Assembly: GCA_001724265.1 (NCBI GenBank)
Contig: MEDY01000054.1
Span: 1 to 64,000 of the forward strand
Direction of reading: 5' to 3'
Length of the DNA stretch: 64,000 nucleotides
Source of the DNA: Rhizaria sp. SCN 62-66
Taxonomy: Eukaryota
How positions within the stretch are numbered: position 1 is the stretch's first letter; each line of letters starts with the position of its first letter. Below the pieces are notes generated by a model. The model searched no databases, was not told the origin of the DNA, and saw only the letters and a list, made by a program, of their open reading frames with translations. Made by a program: the position numbers and the translations under genes. Below are positions 12,801 to 25,000 of this stretch, piece by piece.

Positions 12801-15800
12801 TGTGAGTGCAAAGCCAGAGGGTACCATGTGCGCAGTGCAAGCGTCTTCACTAGTCGTGTCAGTGGTCACTGGAGATATGCTCTGGAGAGTGACTTGATTC
12901 AGCAAGTGCTCAGAGCGCGCCTTTTCGCCCTCGTCATTTTCAGTGTCGCCGTCTTCGGCGTCATTGATTTGATGCACTGGCTCGAGAGTGAGACGCGAGA
13001 CTGAAAGCGCGCGCGCCCCAGGAGCGACTGTGAGCGCAACCGCCGCCATCCAAGGCGGCAATAACCGCTGCAGCAGCCCCTCAGAATCAACGCCGGCTGC
13101 GGATGCGTTCAGATCGCTGTCAGAATTGACCACCACATTAAGAGAGGACGACATTGCGAACATAGTTGGCGCGAGGCGGTGTAAGTACCCCCTTAGACTC
13201 CGCGGAGGCGCCATCACGGCCATTTGCACGCGCGCAGCCTCCGCAGCTACACCCGGACCAGAAGCCTCCCCACTTGCATTCTTGCCACAGGGACTGGCAG
13301 AAGACAGTGAGAGCGACGCCATCGCGGCCGCCAGCGTCTCATCCGCGCTCTTGCCCGCAGTCACAACGCCCGCCGCAGTGGCCGCAGCAGTGAGGGCGGC
13401 GGAGTCCGCGGCCAGCAGCGCGCGCTTGTCAGCCGCGGCGGCTGGGTTGAGCGACAGATGCCACAGTGCGGCCGCCGCGACAGCCGCGGCACATCCGCAC
13501 GCAGCATCCTCCGCGTCATCACCCGCGGCGCCGTCAGCGCTCTGCTGCTGCTGCGGCATGTGCACGCTCGCCTGCGCTGCGGCGGCCGCGATCGCCCCCG
13601 AGGCCTCGGGATCAAGGCACCCGTGCGCCGCGCGCAAAGCCCACGCGAGCGCGAGCATGCGGCGCGCGGCCGACAGCACTGCGCCCGCGGCTGCAGCAGT
13701 CTCCACCGCGTTGGTGACGCTGGAGCTGGCTGTAGAGGCAAGGAGGGCGGAGAGCGCGGCGACGGCGCCCGGCGACGGCAGCAATATGCCCGCACCGTGC
13801 GCCGCCAGAGTCGGCGGGCGCAGCTGCAGATGGTCGTCTTCGCTTACGATGCGACTCGCAGTGCCGCCGTTTGCGTCTGGAGTGGCGACCGCGGTTAGCC
13901 AGCGAGCAGTGAGCACGAACGCATCCGCGGCTGCAGAGGCAGTGTCTGCGCTGGTGATGCCGGCATCAGCGCCAGCACACAGATGAACATCACTGCTGCC
14001 ACAGGTGTTATTGTCGCTTTCCCCCGTGGACAGGCAGGGACACGCTGCACTGCGCTGACTGGCCAGTGCCGCTCTCGCCGCAGACTTCTTACCTCCTGAC
14101 TTGCTCGCGATAGTGGCGCGGGGACGGAAATGCGACGGTGCAAGCCAGTCACAGTCGTTGTCACTGGCGCAGTCGCCGGCGCTGGCGGTTGCGGCGGCTT
14201 CAGCGGTCGCAGCGACGAGCGCGGCTGCGCCGGTGCTGGCGATCGCACGGGACAACAATTGCACTGCGGTCAGCGACGTTGCGGCGGTGTTGCCCGCGTT
14301 GTTGTTGTTGTTATTGTTGTGAGAAAGAGTGAGAAACAGCGACGCCCTGTCGACGGCTACACGACCCGCTAAGCTTCCGCTAACACTCGCAGTTGCGTTT
14401 GAACCGTCACACTCGGTCTCCACTTCAGCAGCCGCCTTTGCAGCCTTCGTCGCCGCAGCCTTACTCTTGGGAGCGGCCTTCGCTTTACCTTTCACTGCGG
14501 CCTTCTCGTCACAGTCAGCCTCGTCACTATCAGCCGCAGCAGTGAGTTTGCTGCCACTTGTCAACGTCTCAGCAGTGTCCCAGCCCTTAAGAGCCCACAA
14601 CGTGAGCATAGTGCTGTCCAGTCCGATCTCAAGTGAAGCAGCGGTCACAGCAGCAGCTGCGAAGGGCTTGCGCGCGCTGGCAGTCGCCTTTTTGCCGCCC
14701 TTACCCTTTGCGGCAGCAGGGGCGGGCGCTGCCGTCTCTGCGTTGTTGCTTGGTGACGAAAACAAAGAGACGATGTCGACAAGCTCAATCTCACCAACAA
14801 CGTCTGCAGCTGTTGCGCTGTTGCCACTGGCCAGCAGAGCCTGCGTCGCCGCGTCACTCGCCAGCGCCGCGGCCAGCAGAGCAGGCGCCAGTGCAAGCCC
14901 CGCAGCGCCAACGCCACCGGTACTTTCACTCTCCGCGAACTGCACAGGCTGCCGCAGCGCCTCGTTGGCCGCCAACGCAGCCTCCGCCTCCAGCTCATCG
15001 CTGCTACCACATCCGGTATTGGCTGAGGCTGCTGCTGCGGCAGCGCGTGCAAGCGGTGCGCGCGCGCTCGTAGTCAGCGTAACCGCAGTGGAGACGCGTC
15101 CCAGCGCGCGCGCCGCCGCCGCCGCCGCCGTGGCCGTGCGCAGCAGCAGCGGCGGAGACCGCAGGCGCGCTGCGAGCTGCGCCAGTTCCGCGGCGTAGGC
15201 AATTACAGCCTTGCCGCTGCCGCCCGCAGTGTGCGCGGTCAGCAGGCGCAGCAGACAGGAGAGTGTGCGGCGAAGCGAGAGGTGGCAGTTGCTGGCCTTC
15301 TCGAGCGCTTTCTCGGACGAGACCGTGCTCGCGGCGGAAGCAGCGGCTGCCGCGGCTGCCGCCAGCGCTGCCCCGGCGGCTGCGGCGACGGCGGCGTCGT
15401 TAGTGAGGTCGGGGACCGCGGTCGCGATGACTCCAGCGGCGACGCCGGCCGCGGTGTCGGTGAGCAGCAGCGGCGTCATTGCCGCACCGGGGACTGCAAC
15501 CGTGCCGCCGCCCGCAGTCACAGCGTCATCAGCCGACGATAAGTCAGCAGTCGTTGCGGTGAGAGTGGCGGCGGGCAGCACCGCGGTGGCTTCGGCGAGA
15601 TAGAGCTTCAGCAGCGACGCCCAAGGCCTGCTGGCAAACGCCAGCAGCGCCGCGGCAGCAGCGGCCGCCGAGCCCGTTGCCGCCGCGGTCGCAGCGTAGG
15701 CGGAGAGCGTGGGGATAGTTGTCCCAGCGCCGGCGGCGGCCACCAGCGCCAGCGCCGCAGAGACCGAAGCAGGCGAGGCGTCGACGGCAGCGCGCTCGGC

Positions 15801-18800
15801 GAGTGTGGCGGTCATCACCCACTCAGCCGGGCTCTTCTTGCCCGCAGCTGCGGCGATCGCCGCGGAGTCGGCAGCGGCACCAGCAGCGGCGGCGGCAGGA
15901 GGTAGACCTAGGCCCTGGACGAGTGCTAGCAGAGCGTGGAGACACAGCGTCGCTTCGGCGCGGGCCCGCAAACGCACCGCACTGACACTCTCCACTGAGC
16001 TCCCAGTCACAGCCACCGCCGCGGTCTCAGTTGCAGTTGCTGAGGACGTGACGGGCGTCGGGAGCGCGAGACAACAGCGTGCGGCGGCAAGCGCGAGTCG
16101 CCACGGGGCCCAGCCGGCCGCCGCTGTGGCCGCGGCACGCACGCCCGGAGCGCAGAACACCGGCGTCGGCAGCAGTGCGGGGGCGGCGGCGTGCGCGGCC
16201 GCTGCGGGAAGCAGTGGCCCGCCGCCAGTCATACTTGCACTCGCAGGGGCTGCGGCGACGTGGGCGCGCGCGAGAGAAGGGGAGACTGTGAGCAAACGAG
16301 CGCTGTGGCGCAGTAGCGACTGCGAAGGGTCGCCTACAATGGCGCTCGCACTGTCAGCGTTGTCGCTACTCCTAGTGGTGCAGATGAGGGTGGCGAGAGC
16401 GGCCAGAGTCGACGGCGCGCTTTGCATGCTGCTGCCACCGCTGTACAGGGAGCGTGAAAAACGCGGCATCAGCGCGATCGCAGCCGTGGCAACGCGCATC
16501 GTCCACTGTAAGCTGTGGAACACACGCACTGCAGCAGCAGACGTTGGCGATGATACAGTCGAATCTGCGCCGTCACTGTCAGCCTCCGCTACGGTTGTAG
16601 CCTTCTTGCCACGGCCTGTCTTGGCGGCGGCGGGCTTACCAGTCCGCGACTGCGACTGTGTCACAGCGGAACCGGAGTCTGACTGAGGAAGCTGCGTGTG
16701 CGCAGTAGCTGTAGCGCACCCGTCTGAGAGGTACTTAGACGCCGTGAACGCACTTAGAGTCGGTGCAATACACTGGCCCGCGCACGCAAGCGTCGCTGCC
16801 ACTGTTCCAAGCGCCCCCGTGCCCGAGTTTGAATCGGAAACAAACGCGTTTGTCGAGTCATTGCTGCTATAAGGGGCAGCAGCGCGTGCCTCCGCAAGCG
16901 AAGTGAGCACAGGCAACAACAAGAGCGCCGAGGGGCACCGCGACGGGTCGAGACTGACCGGCAACGGCACTGCAGCAGCGGCAGCGTCGCAGTCGCTGTT
17001 ATAGAGCGACGCGGGGCCCGCGACGGAGGCGGCGGCGGCGTCAACAGCGCGGGGCACCCATGACTGGGAGCACGGCACTGCAGGCAGCACTGGGGCCAGT
17101 AACGACTCCAGCACAGACGAGTCACCGCTAGCAGAGCCAGGGCTAGAGCTAGAGTTTGAGCTCGAGTTCGAGTTAGAACCGAGGGTATTGCTGTGACCGT
17201 TGCTGTGGATAGAACAGGAGCAAGGAGGGATAAGGCCCGCGCGCACCCACAACGCAGCGTCGTGACTGCTCAAAATCGCACTACAGGCGCTCACATCTTC
17301 CTCATCACTTTCCGTGTCTAAGCGGTTACAATTGCTTTGAGACAGTGAGTCTGAGTCCCAGGCCTTTTTGACGTGCCCACGCCAACACCCGGCGCTGCCC
17401 ACGCACGCCGCCTCAGCGCCCACCGCGGCTGCCACGGCCACAGCGCTCTCGACGCTCCGCGGCAGCACCGCAACAGTCGCCGTCGAGGGACCGTGAGCAC
17501 CACCGGTTCCGTGGGTGCCCGCGGTGTGGGTGACCGTGAGCACGTCGACCGCGTGCACAGTGTGCGCAGCCACAGCCACGCCAGCGGAGAATGCGCGCGC
17601 GAGCAACGTCAACACAGCGGTTTCAAGCCCGCGGAGCCCGAGTGAGCGCAGCCGGTCGGCGAGAGCCGTCAGAGCGGCGTATGCGTCATTCGCCAGTGAA
17701 AGCAGGGTCGGCAGCGCGGCAGCGGCAACAGTGGCCTTCCTAGGGCCACTTTGGCTGTGATCAGCCGCAGCAGCAGCTGTGGAGTTGTTGTTTGTGTTGG
17801 TATACATGAAACAGGCAGGCACCATGTACACCGTATCTTTACCCACACGGGCATCGTTCTTGTTGTTGCCGTGAGCGGATGTCGCAGCAGTGGCGTTGGT
17901 GTTGACGGCAGGGGCCCACGCCAGCGCGGCACGCAACCGGGGGTCGCCGAGCACGCGCTGCCACAGCGCCAGCGCGGCGGGCGCGCCGCGGGCCGTGTTG
18001 GCCGCCAGCGCAGTCGCTACCGCATCCGCCGTCGCGGCCGCAGCCGCCAGGGCAGCGCTGAGCGGGGGCGCAGAGGCCGCAGCAGAATTAACAACGACAG
18101 CGGATTCACTATCGCCGTCATCCTCGTCGTCGTCTTCAGAAGCGTCGTCGTCGGCATCAGTAGCTTCATCGTGAGCTTCGTTAGTATTGTTTACGACGGG
18201 GATATGGCGCGAGGCGTCGTCAGCGCTGTGCAACAACGCGCGCGTCGCCACAGTCGCTGCCTGCGCCAGCAGAACAAGCGACGCCAGCGACGGCAAAGCC
18301 CCGCCATCATTACCACTGTTCGCATCATTCGCTTTAGACGTGTTCGCAGTGCTCGAGGCGGAGGCAGCGAGGGTTTGGTACGTGCCGACAGCTTCGGCGA
18401 GCAATGGCGCGCCTGCAGCGGGGTCGGCGGCCGCAGCGCCCCTGCCTGCGGCTTCCAGCGCTTTTGCTTTGTGAACCAAGCACGCGCGCGCCTTAGCGGT
18501 GTCCTTAACAGCAGTGAACACAGCTGCAGCGTTGGCGAATGAGGCGGCAGCGTCCTTGAAGCGACGTTTGCCGTGGAAGTAGACGGCGACGGCGTGGTAC
18601 GCGCGCGCAACAAGCGGAAACCCGGCCGCGGGGCTGGTGGTGGCGAGCGCGTCAGGCGTGAGAGCGGTGAGCAAGGAAACGCACTGGGGGAGCATGGCCG
18701 AGTCTGAGGCATCGAGACTTGCGGTCGGGATAGAAGTCAAGTGCGTGTGCAGCGAGCTGAGCACGGAGCGGGCCTTGACCGCGCTGCGCTCAAGCGCAGC

Positions 18801-18818
18801 GGATGCGGCGGCGGACAT
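9877..18818 (-). CDS. ESP1: Separase (peptidase C50), ~2,899 aa; exons 18818-10744, 10626-10352, 10226-9877
   Basis: Spliced translation shows the C50 motifs in order: WWTTRFEIE...FFGPWAGVL, LTTLPFESLPVL, VARMPTL, YYILNPGSDLPKTQ, YCGHNGGEQY (catalytic His), LMGCSSG (catalytic Cys), VVGNLWEVTDRDLD, CKLPYLNGAALVVWGLP. Two GTACGT...CAG introns restore the frame. Ends in TAA. Confidence 0.95.
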
Positions 18819-19500
18819 TGCGGAGGTCGCTGGGAGAGGCAGACAGGCACGGAGCAATACCGGTTTATGTGTGTTGGTGGAGAGGCTGGGGCAGAGCCGT
18901 TGAGGGACACAAGTGCAGGGACTGGAGTATGTAGCAAGTGTTACTCAGGAATACTTTGCAAAATGTCTATGAAAGTGTTAAATACAAACGCATTTCGTAA
19001 TGTTGAGGCGTGTTGATATGATGACATGTCGGGAGAGCGAGGTCGGAAGCGAAGCCAGGGACAGGTGCGCAGAGCCGTGGGGTGCTAGTATTGTATGAGC
19101 TGCTGAGGACCGCAGCCAAGGGCTTAAGATGCAGAAATTAAATTAGAAAAACAAAACTAAATATGACATCGACAGGCCACTATTATATAGCTATACACGG
19201 AGGTTTGGCGCTCCATTACACGGTAAAGCTCTGGCCCGCCCGAAGAGCTGTTGGCCGTCGAACCGTGGTCGCCGACCCAAATACAGGGGTGATTTCGAGC
19301 AAGTCCAGCGACAAATTCTGATCGTTAATGCTGATTTAGCTTACATTTCCACCTATCATCTCGCCTCACCTATTTTATTGTATTTGTCACACTCTGTTTC
19401 ACTGAAGGCATCAGCTACTACAGACCACACAGTGCACCGAGACTTCATCCACCGTAATACTCTTGGCGCTTCTCTCCGCTCCCAGGGCTGTCGCACCACC

Positions 19501-20328
19501 ATGGACGCGATCACCCAACTACAGATGTACACCTTCACCTTGTCCTAGATAATTGCGACTGTGATCTCGTTCATTCACACCAACGGCCGTCTCACCCCTG
19601 CACAGGCGCGCGCCATCGACCACCTCGTCATCACAACCGCCGCCAACACTTCCGCAAACAACAGCGCCAACAACACCAGCAGCGCGAGCACCGCGTCGAC
19701 GGGCCCTGTGCTGGTGACGGCCAAGGGCACGCGCATTCCTCCGCTGACCAGGGAAGGCGTGGAACCCTTTCTCAACTTCACACGTCACCTCACCGAGCTT
19801 TGCGCCCACTACACTGAGCATTCCCGCGAAATCGCCGCTCTCGCCGCCGCGCTGCCCGACACGCTCCCCACGGAGGCGGTCACGATCGAGCTGCTGGCCG
19901 AGGCCAAGCGCGACGGCGCACGCGCGGTGGCGCGGCTGCGGCGCGCTGAGAAACGCGCGCAGTACTACCAAGAGAAGCTGAGGCAGGCGACCGCGACTGT
20001 GGCCGATGTGATGCTTGGAGTACCTACGACTGCGCATGCCGCGGCGGAACCTGTGGGGGTACCCGTGGGTGCCCACGGTCAGTTGGACGCCACGGGGGCG
20101 GAGAAGTGGGCGCAGCGGCACCGGAAGCGGCTGGCGGCGGGTGATGACAGCGTTGCTGACTATACACGCATCAAAAGCACGAGCAACCAACACACCAGCA
20201 ACACTAATAAGAACACAAACAACACGTCTATCAGCATCATCAACGGCAAGGATAGTGAGAACGCGAGCAATGACGCGAACACGGGTGTCGCCAGTGCAAT
20301 GACAGGGCAGCAGGGCATGTCTGACTAA
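19501..20328 (+). CDS. MED21: Mediator complex subunit 21 (Srb7), 275 aa, with an in-frame TAG at codon 16 (19546-19548)
   Basis: Begins MDAITQLQ (family signature MxDxLTQLQ). Later EIAALAAALPD resembles DIDVLIDSLP and is followed by a coiled coil. ATG 19501 is in frame with track ORF 19561..20328 across a single TAG. Ends in TAA. Confidence 0.85.
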
Positions 20329-20676
20329 CTTTGTTTCTGTTTGGTGACTGATAACTGTGACTGCAAAAAAAAAGAACTCGGCTAGATTAGAGATCTCGGC
20401 TAATGCTTTTTAGTTAACACAGTCAGAGGATGTCAGTATCACACCGGCTCAGTTAAAGCGTCCGAGATAACATTTACATAGTTATTTTTATATACATTTT
20501 TTGTACTACTCCATTCACGCCGAATTTTCCGTTGGGCAACAGGACAATAAACACTGGTTTATTCACTGAGTGTTATTTGGCCTCAAATGTTTCAGAATGA
20601 CATCAAAGCCACAACAAAAGCCATTAAATAGAGTAAATATCACTATATATGCGTCGATTTTCCACTTTGAAGTGTT

Positions 20677-21475
20677 TCACCACTCTCGTTGCGGCTTGCG
20701 AGACTCCTTCCGCTCTTTCTGCCTCTGTTTCTCAGCTTTATTGCGTGCGTCAGACGCGGCCTTGAGGCGGCTTACTTTCTCTTTCTGCTCTGCTGAAGTC
20801 TCTTTGGGCACCACACAGGCCTCCTGGATAGCCGCGTAGAGCTTGGACACGCACTCATTGAGGTTCTGGCTCTGCACGCGGTGGTCGTCGGCGGTCAAAA
20901 CAACCTCAACACCGTTCGATCCAGAGTTGCCTGAGCCGTTCTGAGTAAGATAACGGCGGAAACCAGGGTTCGCACGCAGCCTGTCCTTCACCACAGCCGG
21001 GAGCCAGCCCGCGGAGTTGAGCGCAAAGCGTAACTCGGCCTTGGAGTTGGTTTTGTTGACGTGTTGGCCGCCGGGGCCGCTGGAGCGAACGAACGAGCGC
21101 TCAAAAGAAGAAACGGGGATGTCAGCGAGCTTGAACGACTGCGCCCACTTCTCGATGTCGCGGAATTGCTCTGTCAACAAAGTGGGGCAAAACGTAATGC
21201 CATAGCGAATTGGTTGTGAGTTGGATATCTAGCGTTACATGTGTTGTTTTAGTGACCTGATGCAAGACAGGAGTAAACGTACCTTCCTCTTCTCGGGAGA
21301 AGCGTGAGAACCGAGATAGAAGTGTGAGTGTCACAGCTGGCAGCGCGGGGCCCACAACTAGCAGCGGTGTGTTAAGACAGGGCTGTGGAGATGAGGGAGA
21401 ACATGGGAGGACACGGGCGACGGCGGCAGGGAAGGTTGCCGTTGACGCACCAAGAGCCCTGCGGAGCCTGAGCAT
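20677..21475 (-). CDS. ICT1: ICT1/ArfB(YaeJ)-type codon-independent peptidyl-tRNA hydrolase (RF-1 GGQ domain), probably mitochondrial, 228 aa; exons 21475-21283, 21170-20677
   Basis: SFVRSSGPGGQHVNKTNSKAELRF, RVQSQNLNECVSKL, basic C-terminal tail and an Arg-rich presequence-like N-terminus. 112-nt GTACGT...CAG intron. Ends in TGA. Confidence 0.92.
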
Positions 21476-21943
21476 GGGACAGGTCTGCGGAGGGGGAAGA
21501 CAGAGAGTTTACAGAATGATAATAAGGGAGATGAAGACATCCAATCAATTAAACTCCGAAGCAAGACATTATTTGCTTATTGGCGATGCGTGTCGTGTTA
21601 ATCAAATGGTTCCTTGTGAGCACGTTCTTGAAGCCTTGATGACTGGCGCGCGTAAGGCAACTTGTGGTGAGCACAACTAGAGCCGATTAAGCCATGAAGT
21701 ATGCACAATTGTGAGTGAATTGAAGCATATTTCGATATAAGAACTTGCGTTCTATATTTTTTCTTTTTATGGCGCTATTGGTCTGGATCTCTTTCTTCTA
21801 TGGACATGAGACGATACTCTAGTCCCTCTCAAGACCAGCTTCCTGTCGTCACCTTAAACGAAGGCTCAAAGCCCTTGTTCTCGGAACGCAACAATTATTA
21901 TTAACCGACTAGACAACGAAAATCTTTCTAAGTAACCGATAGT

Positions 21944-21961
21944 ATCGGCTTATATCCTAAA
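21944..21961 (+). promoter_or_regulatory. Candidate TATA-like core promoter motif ATCGGCTTATATCCTAAA upstream of the Ariadne gene
   Basis: 16/18 match to 51503-51520. The two copies lie 156 and 158 nt before an ATG. Confidence 0.4.
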
Positions 21962-22099
21962 ATCGCGCAATCTGTGTCTTCATTTTCGCCCTGTCCTCCC
22001 CACAGCCCACCCAACTCACCCACAACAAGCAAGCCCTCCGCTTCGCCTCGTCCAGCACACCCAGTTTCCCCCACGCGCCCGCCCCACCGTCTGCCCGCG

Positions 22100-25000
22100 A
22101 TGTCCACCGACGCGGGCTACTCATCCGGCTCTGCCCCGATGACGGACGAGCCGTGTCTGTGGTGCAGCTCCGCCGGCTGTGAAACCTGCGACTACACAGG
22201 CTTCGCTTCCTCATCCTCGTCTTCGTCTGCCGTTGTGACTGGCGCTGGTGGGTACCACTCCCCCGCCGCGGCCGCTGACGGCGATGACTTCGGCGCATAC
22301 CAGGCCTCCGACGGCTTCTGCAACAGCAGCATCGGCGGCAACGGCAACGGCGACGGGAGTGGGAGTGTCGCCGCAGCAGCTGATGATCCGTGCATGTGGT
22401 GCAATGGTGCCGGTTGCGAGGCCTGCCAGCCCGCCGTCTCCGCCCCCGCCCCCGTAGCCGGATCCTCCCTGCGCTCCCCGGCGCGCTCCATCCACGGTTC
22501 TCCGGCCCTTGCCCCCGCCCGCCCCCCCGGCTCCCCCGCGCTTGTCGGCATCGAGGCTGACTTCGCCGCCGCCGCCGCCGCCTCTGCTGCCGGCGTCGTC
22601 GCGAAGCCATCCGCGCTCGCCGTCGCCGCCGCCTGCACCTGCGGCGCCTCTGCGGCCGCACTCGAGGCAGCGGTGGCGCGCCGTGAACGCCGCTTTGGCG
22701 GATATAACTGGCATCCTGAGCGGCCCTACCGCGCCGCTGACGACTCTGATTCAGACGACGACTGCAACAACATTATTAGTGACGATGACGACAGCGGCGC
22801 CCTTGACATGGAAGACGGCTGCGCTAGTCATAGCCTCGCGCGTAGCAATGGCAAGCGCCGCCGCCGGTCCCGCGGTGTCGCGACGGCTTCCTCCTCGCCC
22901 AACGGCTCCGGCTCGAGCTCCAGCAGCGCCAGCGCCAGCGCCAGCGCCAGTGCGTTTGCGTTCGACAACACCGCGTACTACGACGACGAGGACGAAGAGG
23001 CGAATCAAAACGCCTTTTTGGTGAACAGTGCTGAGTGTTTCCGTGATGACGACTCTGTGGCCGAGGAGGATCGCGACACCACCAGTCAAAGCACCACAAA
23101 TGACGGTGTTAGTCAGTGGCCGTATGACGGACTGCGGCTCAACGACATCGCTCATGACAAGCGCTGTGCGAGTTACGCTTACCTCCACCCTTCCAGCAGC
23201 AGCAGCCACGACAGCACTAGCGACGTTGACGACGATGATGATGATGCGGCCAGCGTCAGTGTTGGTCGCGTCGCTCGCGCCGCTGCGTCCCGCACCGCCG
23301 CATCATCAGCTGCTGCGTCTGCGAGCGAAGCCAAGAGCAACAGTCTCTCAACCTCAACCAATGGCTGCGGCGGTGGCAGCGGGAGCAACAACAACACGAT
23401 GACGTTCGCGGCCCCGGCGCCGTTGACTCTCGGCGTCTCTCTCAATCTCTTTGACGCCCAAGGCAAAAACGCAGCCGCTGCTGCTGCCAAGTCGGCCCCT
23501 GTCGCGCCTGCTGCGGCGACCGTGTCTATCTCGGCGCTGGCAGCCGCCTTTGCCCCGCCCCCGCCGTTCCACAACGTTACCACCCATGGCCTCGTCGCCC
23601 CCGGCTCCCGCCCCCGCTCCCGGGACCCGGCCTCTGTGGCGGCCCTCACCCGCCGCGCAGCCGAGTCTCTGTCCACGGTTCTCTGCACAACGGTCGATGA
23701 CGCGGATGTGCTGCTGCGGCGTTATGACTGGGACGCGCCGCGGTTGATGCGCGACTGGGTGGAGCGTGATCCGGACACTGTGCGCGCCACGACCAACACG
23801 GCGGACCCGCGGGACCGTGAGAAGAAGGAAGTTGTATGGTCGCGGGATACCGACGCCGCGGGCAAAGAGAAAGAGCTGGTCATTTGCTGTGTACCTTACT
23901 GCGACGCGGTTCCGAAAAAAGCCACCGAGCAGCTCGCCTGCGGACATGCGATGTGTACGGAGCATTGGCAGAGCTTCATCGACAGTGAGATGCGCAATCA
24001 GGGCCCCGGCGCGGTGCTGACCACATGTCCCGGGTACACGTGTGAAGCCAAGGACTGCATGCACCGCGGCAAGCTGTGCAAGTGCAAACAGCTCGTGCCG
24101 CAGTATGTGTTCCGGAAGTACCTCAAGAGGGCGCAGAAGGCTGCGGACGCTGAGCGCAGGCGGCGCGCAGTGAAGGCGATGGAGAAGCGCACACAACAGC
24201 AGAGTGATGCGAGCAACAATGACGACAATAAGAGCCCGAGCCGCGCGAGCGAGAACACTTCCGCCGCCGATAAGAATAAGAACCGTGCATCTGCTGCTGC
24301 GGGCGATGCTGTGGTCGATGACAGCGACTTGCTTTTCTCAGACGCTGTGGCGCGGTATGATAAGTATATCTCGCGCTCTGTGGCGAAGTCGTCTCCTGCG
24401 CACACGCTGTGCAGTAACCCAGAGTGTGAGTGCCTGATTGAGCGCCACGCGGAGTCCTCGCTCGCCATCCATAAGGTACGGCTTATATTTGATCAAATAC
24501 CATTTGAGATGTCTGCGCTCTTTTATGGGGTTTTGTTTTGTTTTGTTTTGTTTTGTTTGATTTCTCATTCATACGTCTTGCTTTTGTTGCATAATCTTTG
24601 CTTTTGACGTCTTCGTTGCTCCAGTGCGATTGCGGTACTCTGTCATGCTTGCAATGCGGCTACGCTGGCGGCCACGTGCCATGCCCGTGTGATTTAGCTA
24701 AGATCTTCCTCACACAGACCGACTCTGACGCCGCCAGTCTCCGGTACGTTCGCAAATCAAGCTAAAACTACAATACTTCTGTATTCTTCATTTTCCTGAA
24801 GGAAGGTTCTCTCTTATCACTATTTCATTTTTTTGTAACCTCACATATTCCCTCTCAAATTGTTTCGTCATTGTCACTTGCAGTCTGATTGAGGCGACAA
24901 CGAAGCGTTGCCCCAAGTGCGAGACAGCCATCAGCAAAGACAAATATTGCAACCACATGCAATGCACCCAGTGTAAGTTCCACTTCTGCTGGCTCTGCAA

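Noticed and set aside
19527-19548. 22-nt GTACAC...CCTAG micro-intron that would remove the MED21 TAG
   Set aside because: Not a multiple of 3; splicing gives an immediate TAA, deletes part of a conserved helix, and it is far shorter than the 112-207 nt introns seen here.
20677-21475. Release-factor-like GGQ gene next to a TAG-containing gene as the cause of recoding
   Set aside because: It is the codon-independent ICT1/ArfB type with a presequence-like N-terminus; cytosolic stop recognition depends on eRF1, so adjacency is probably coincidental.
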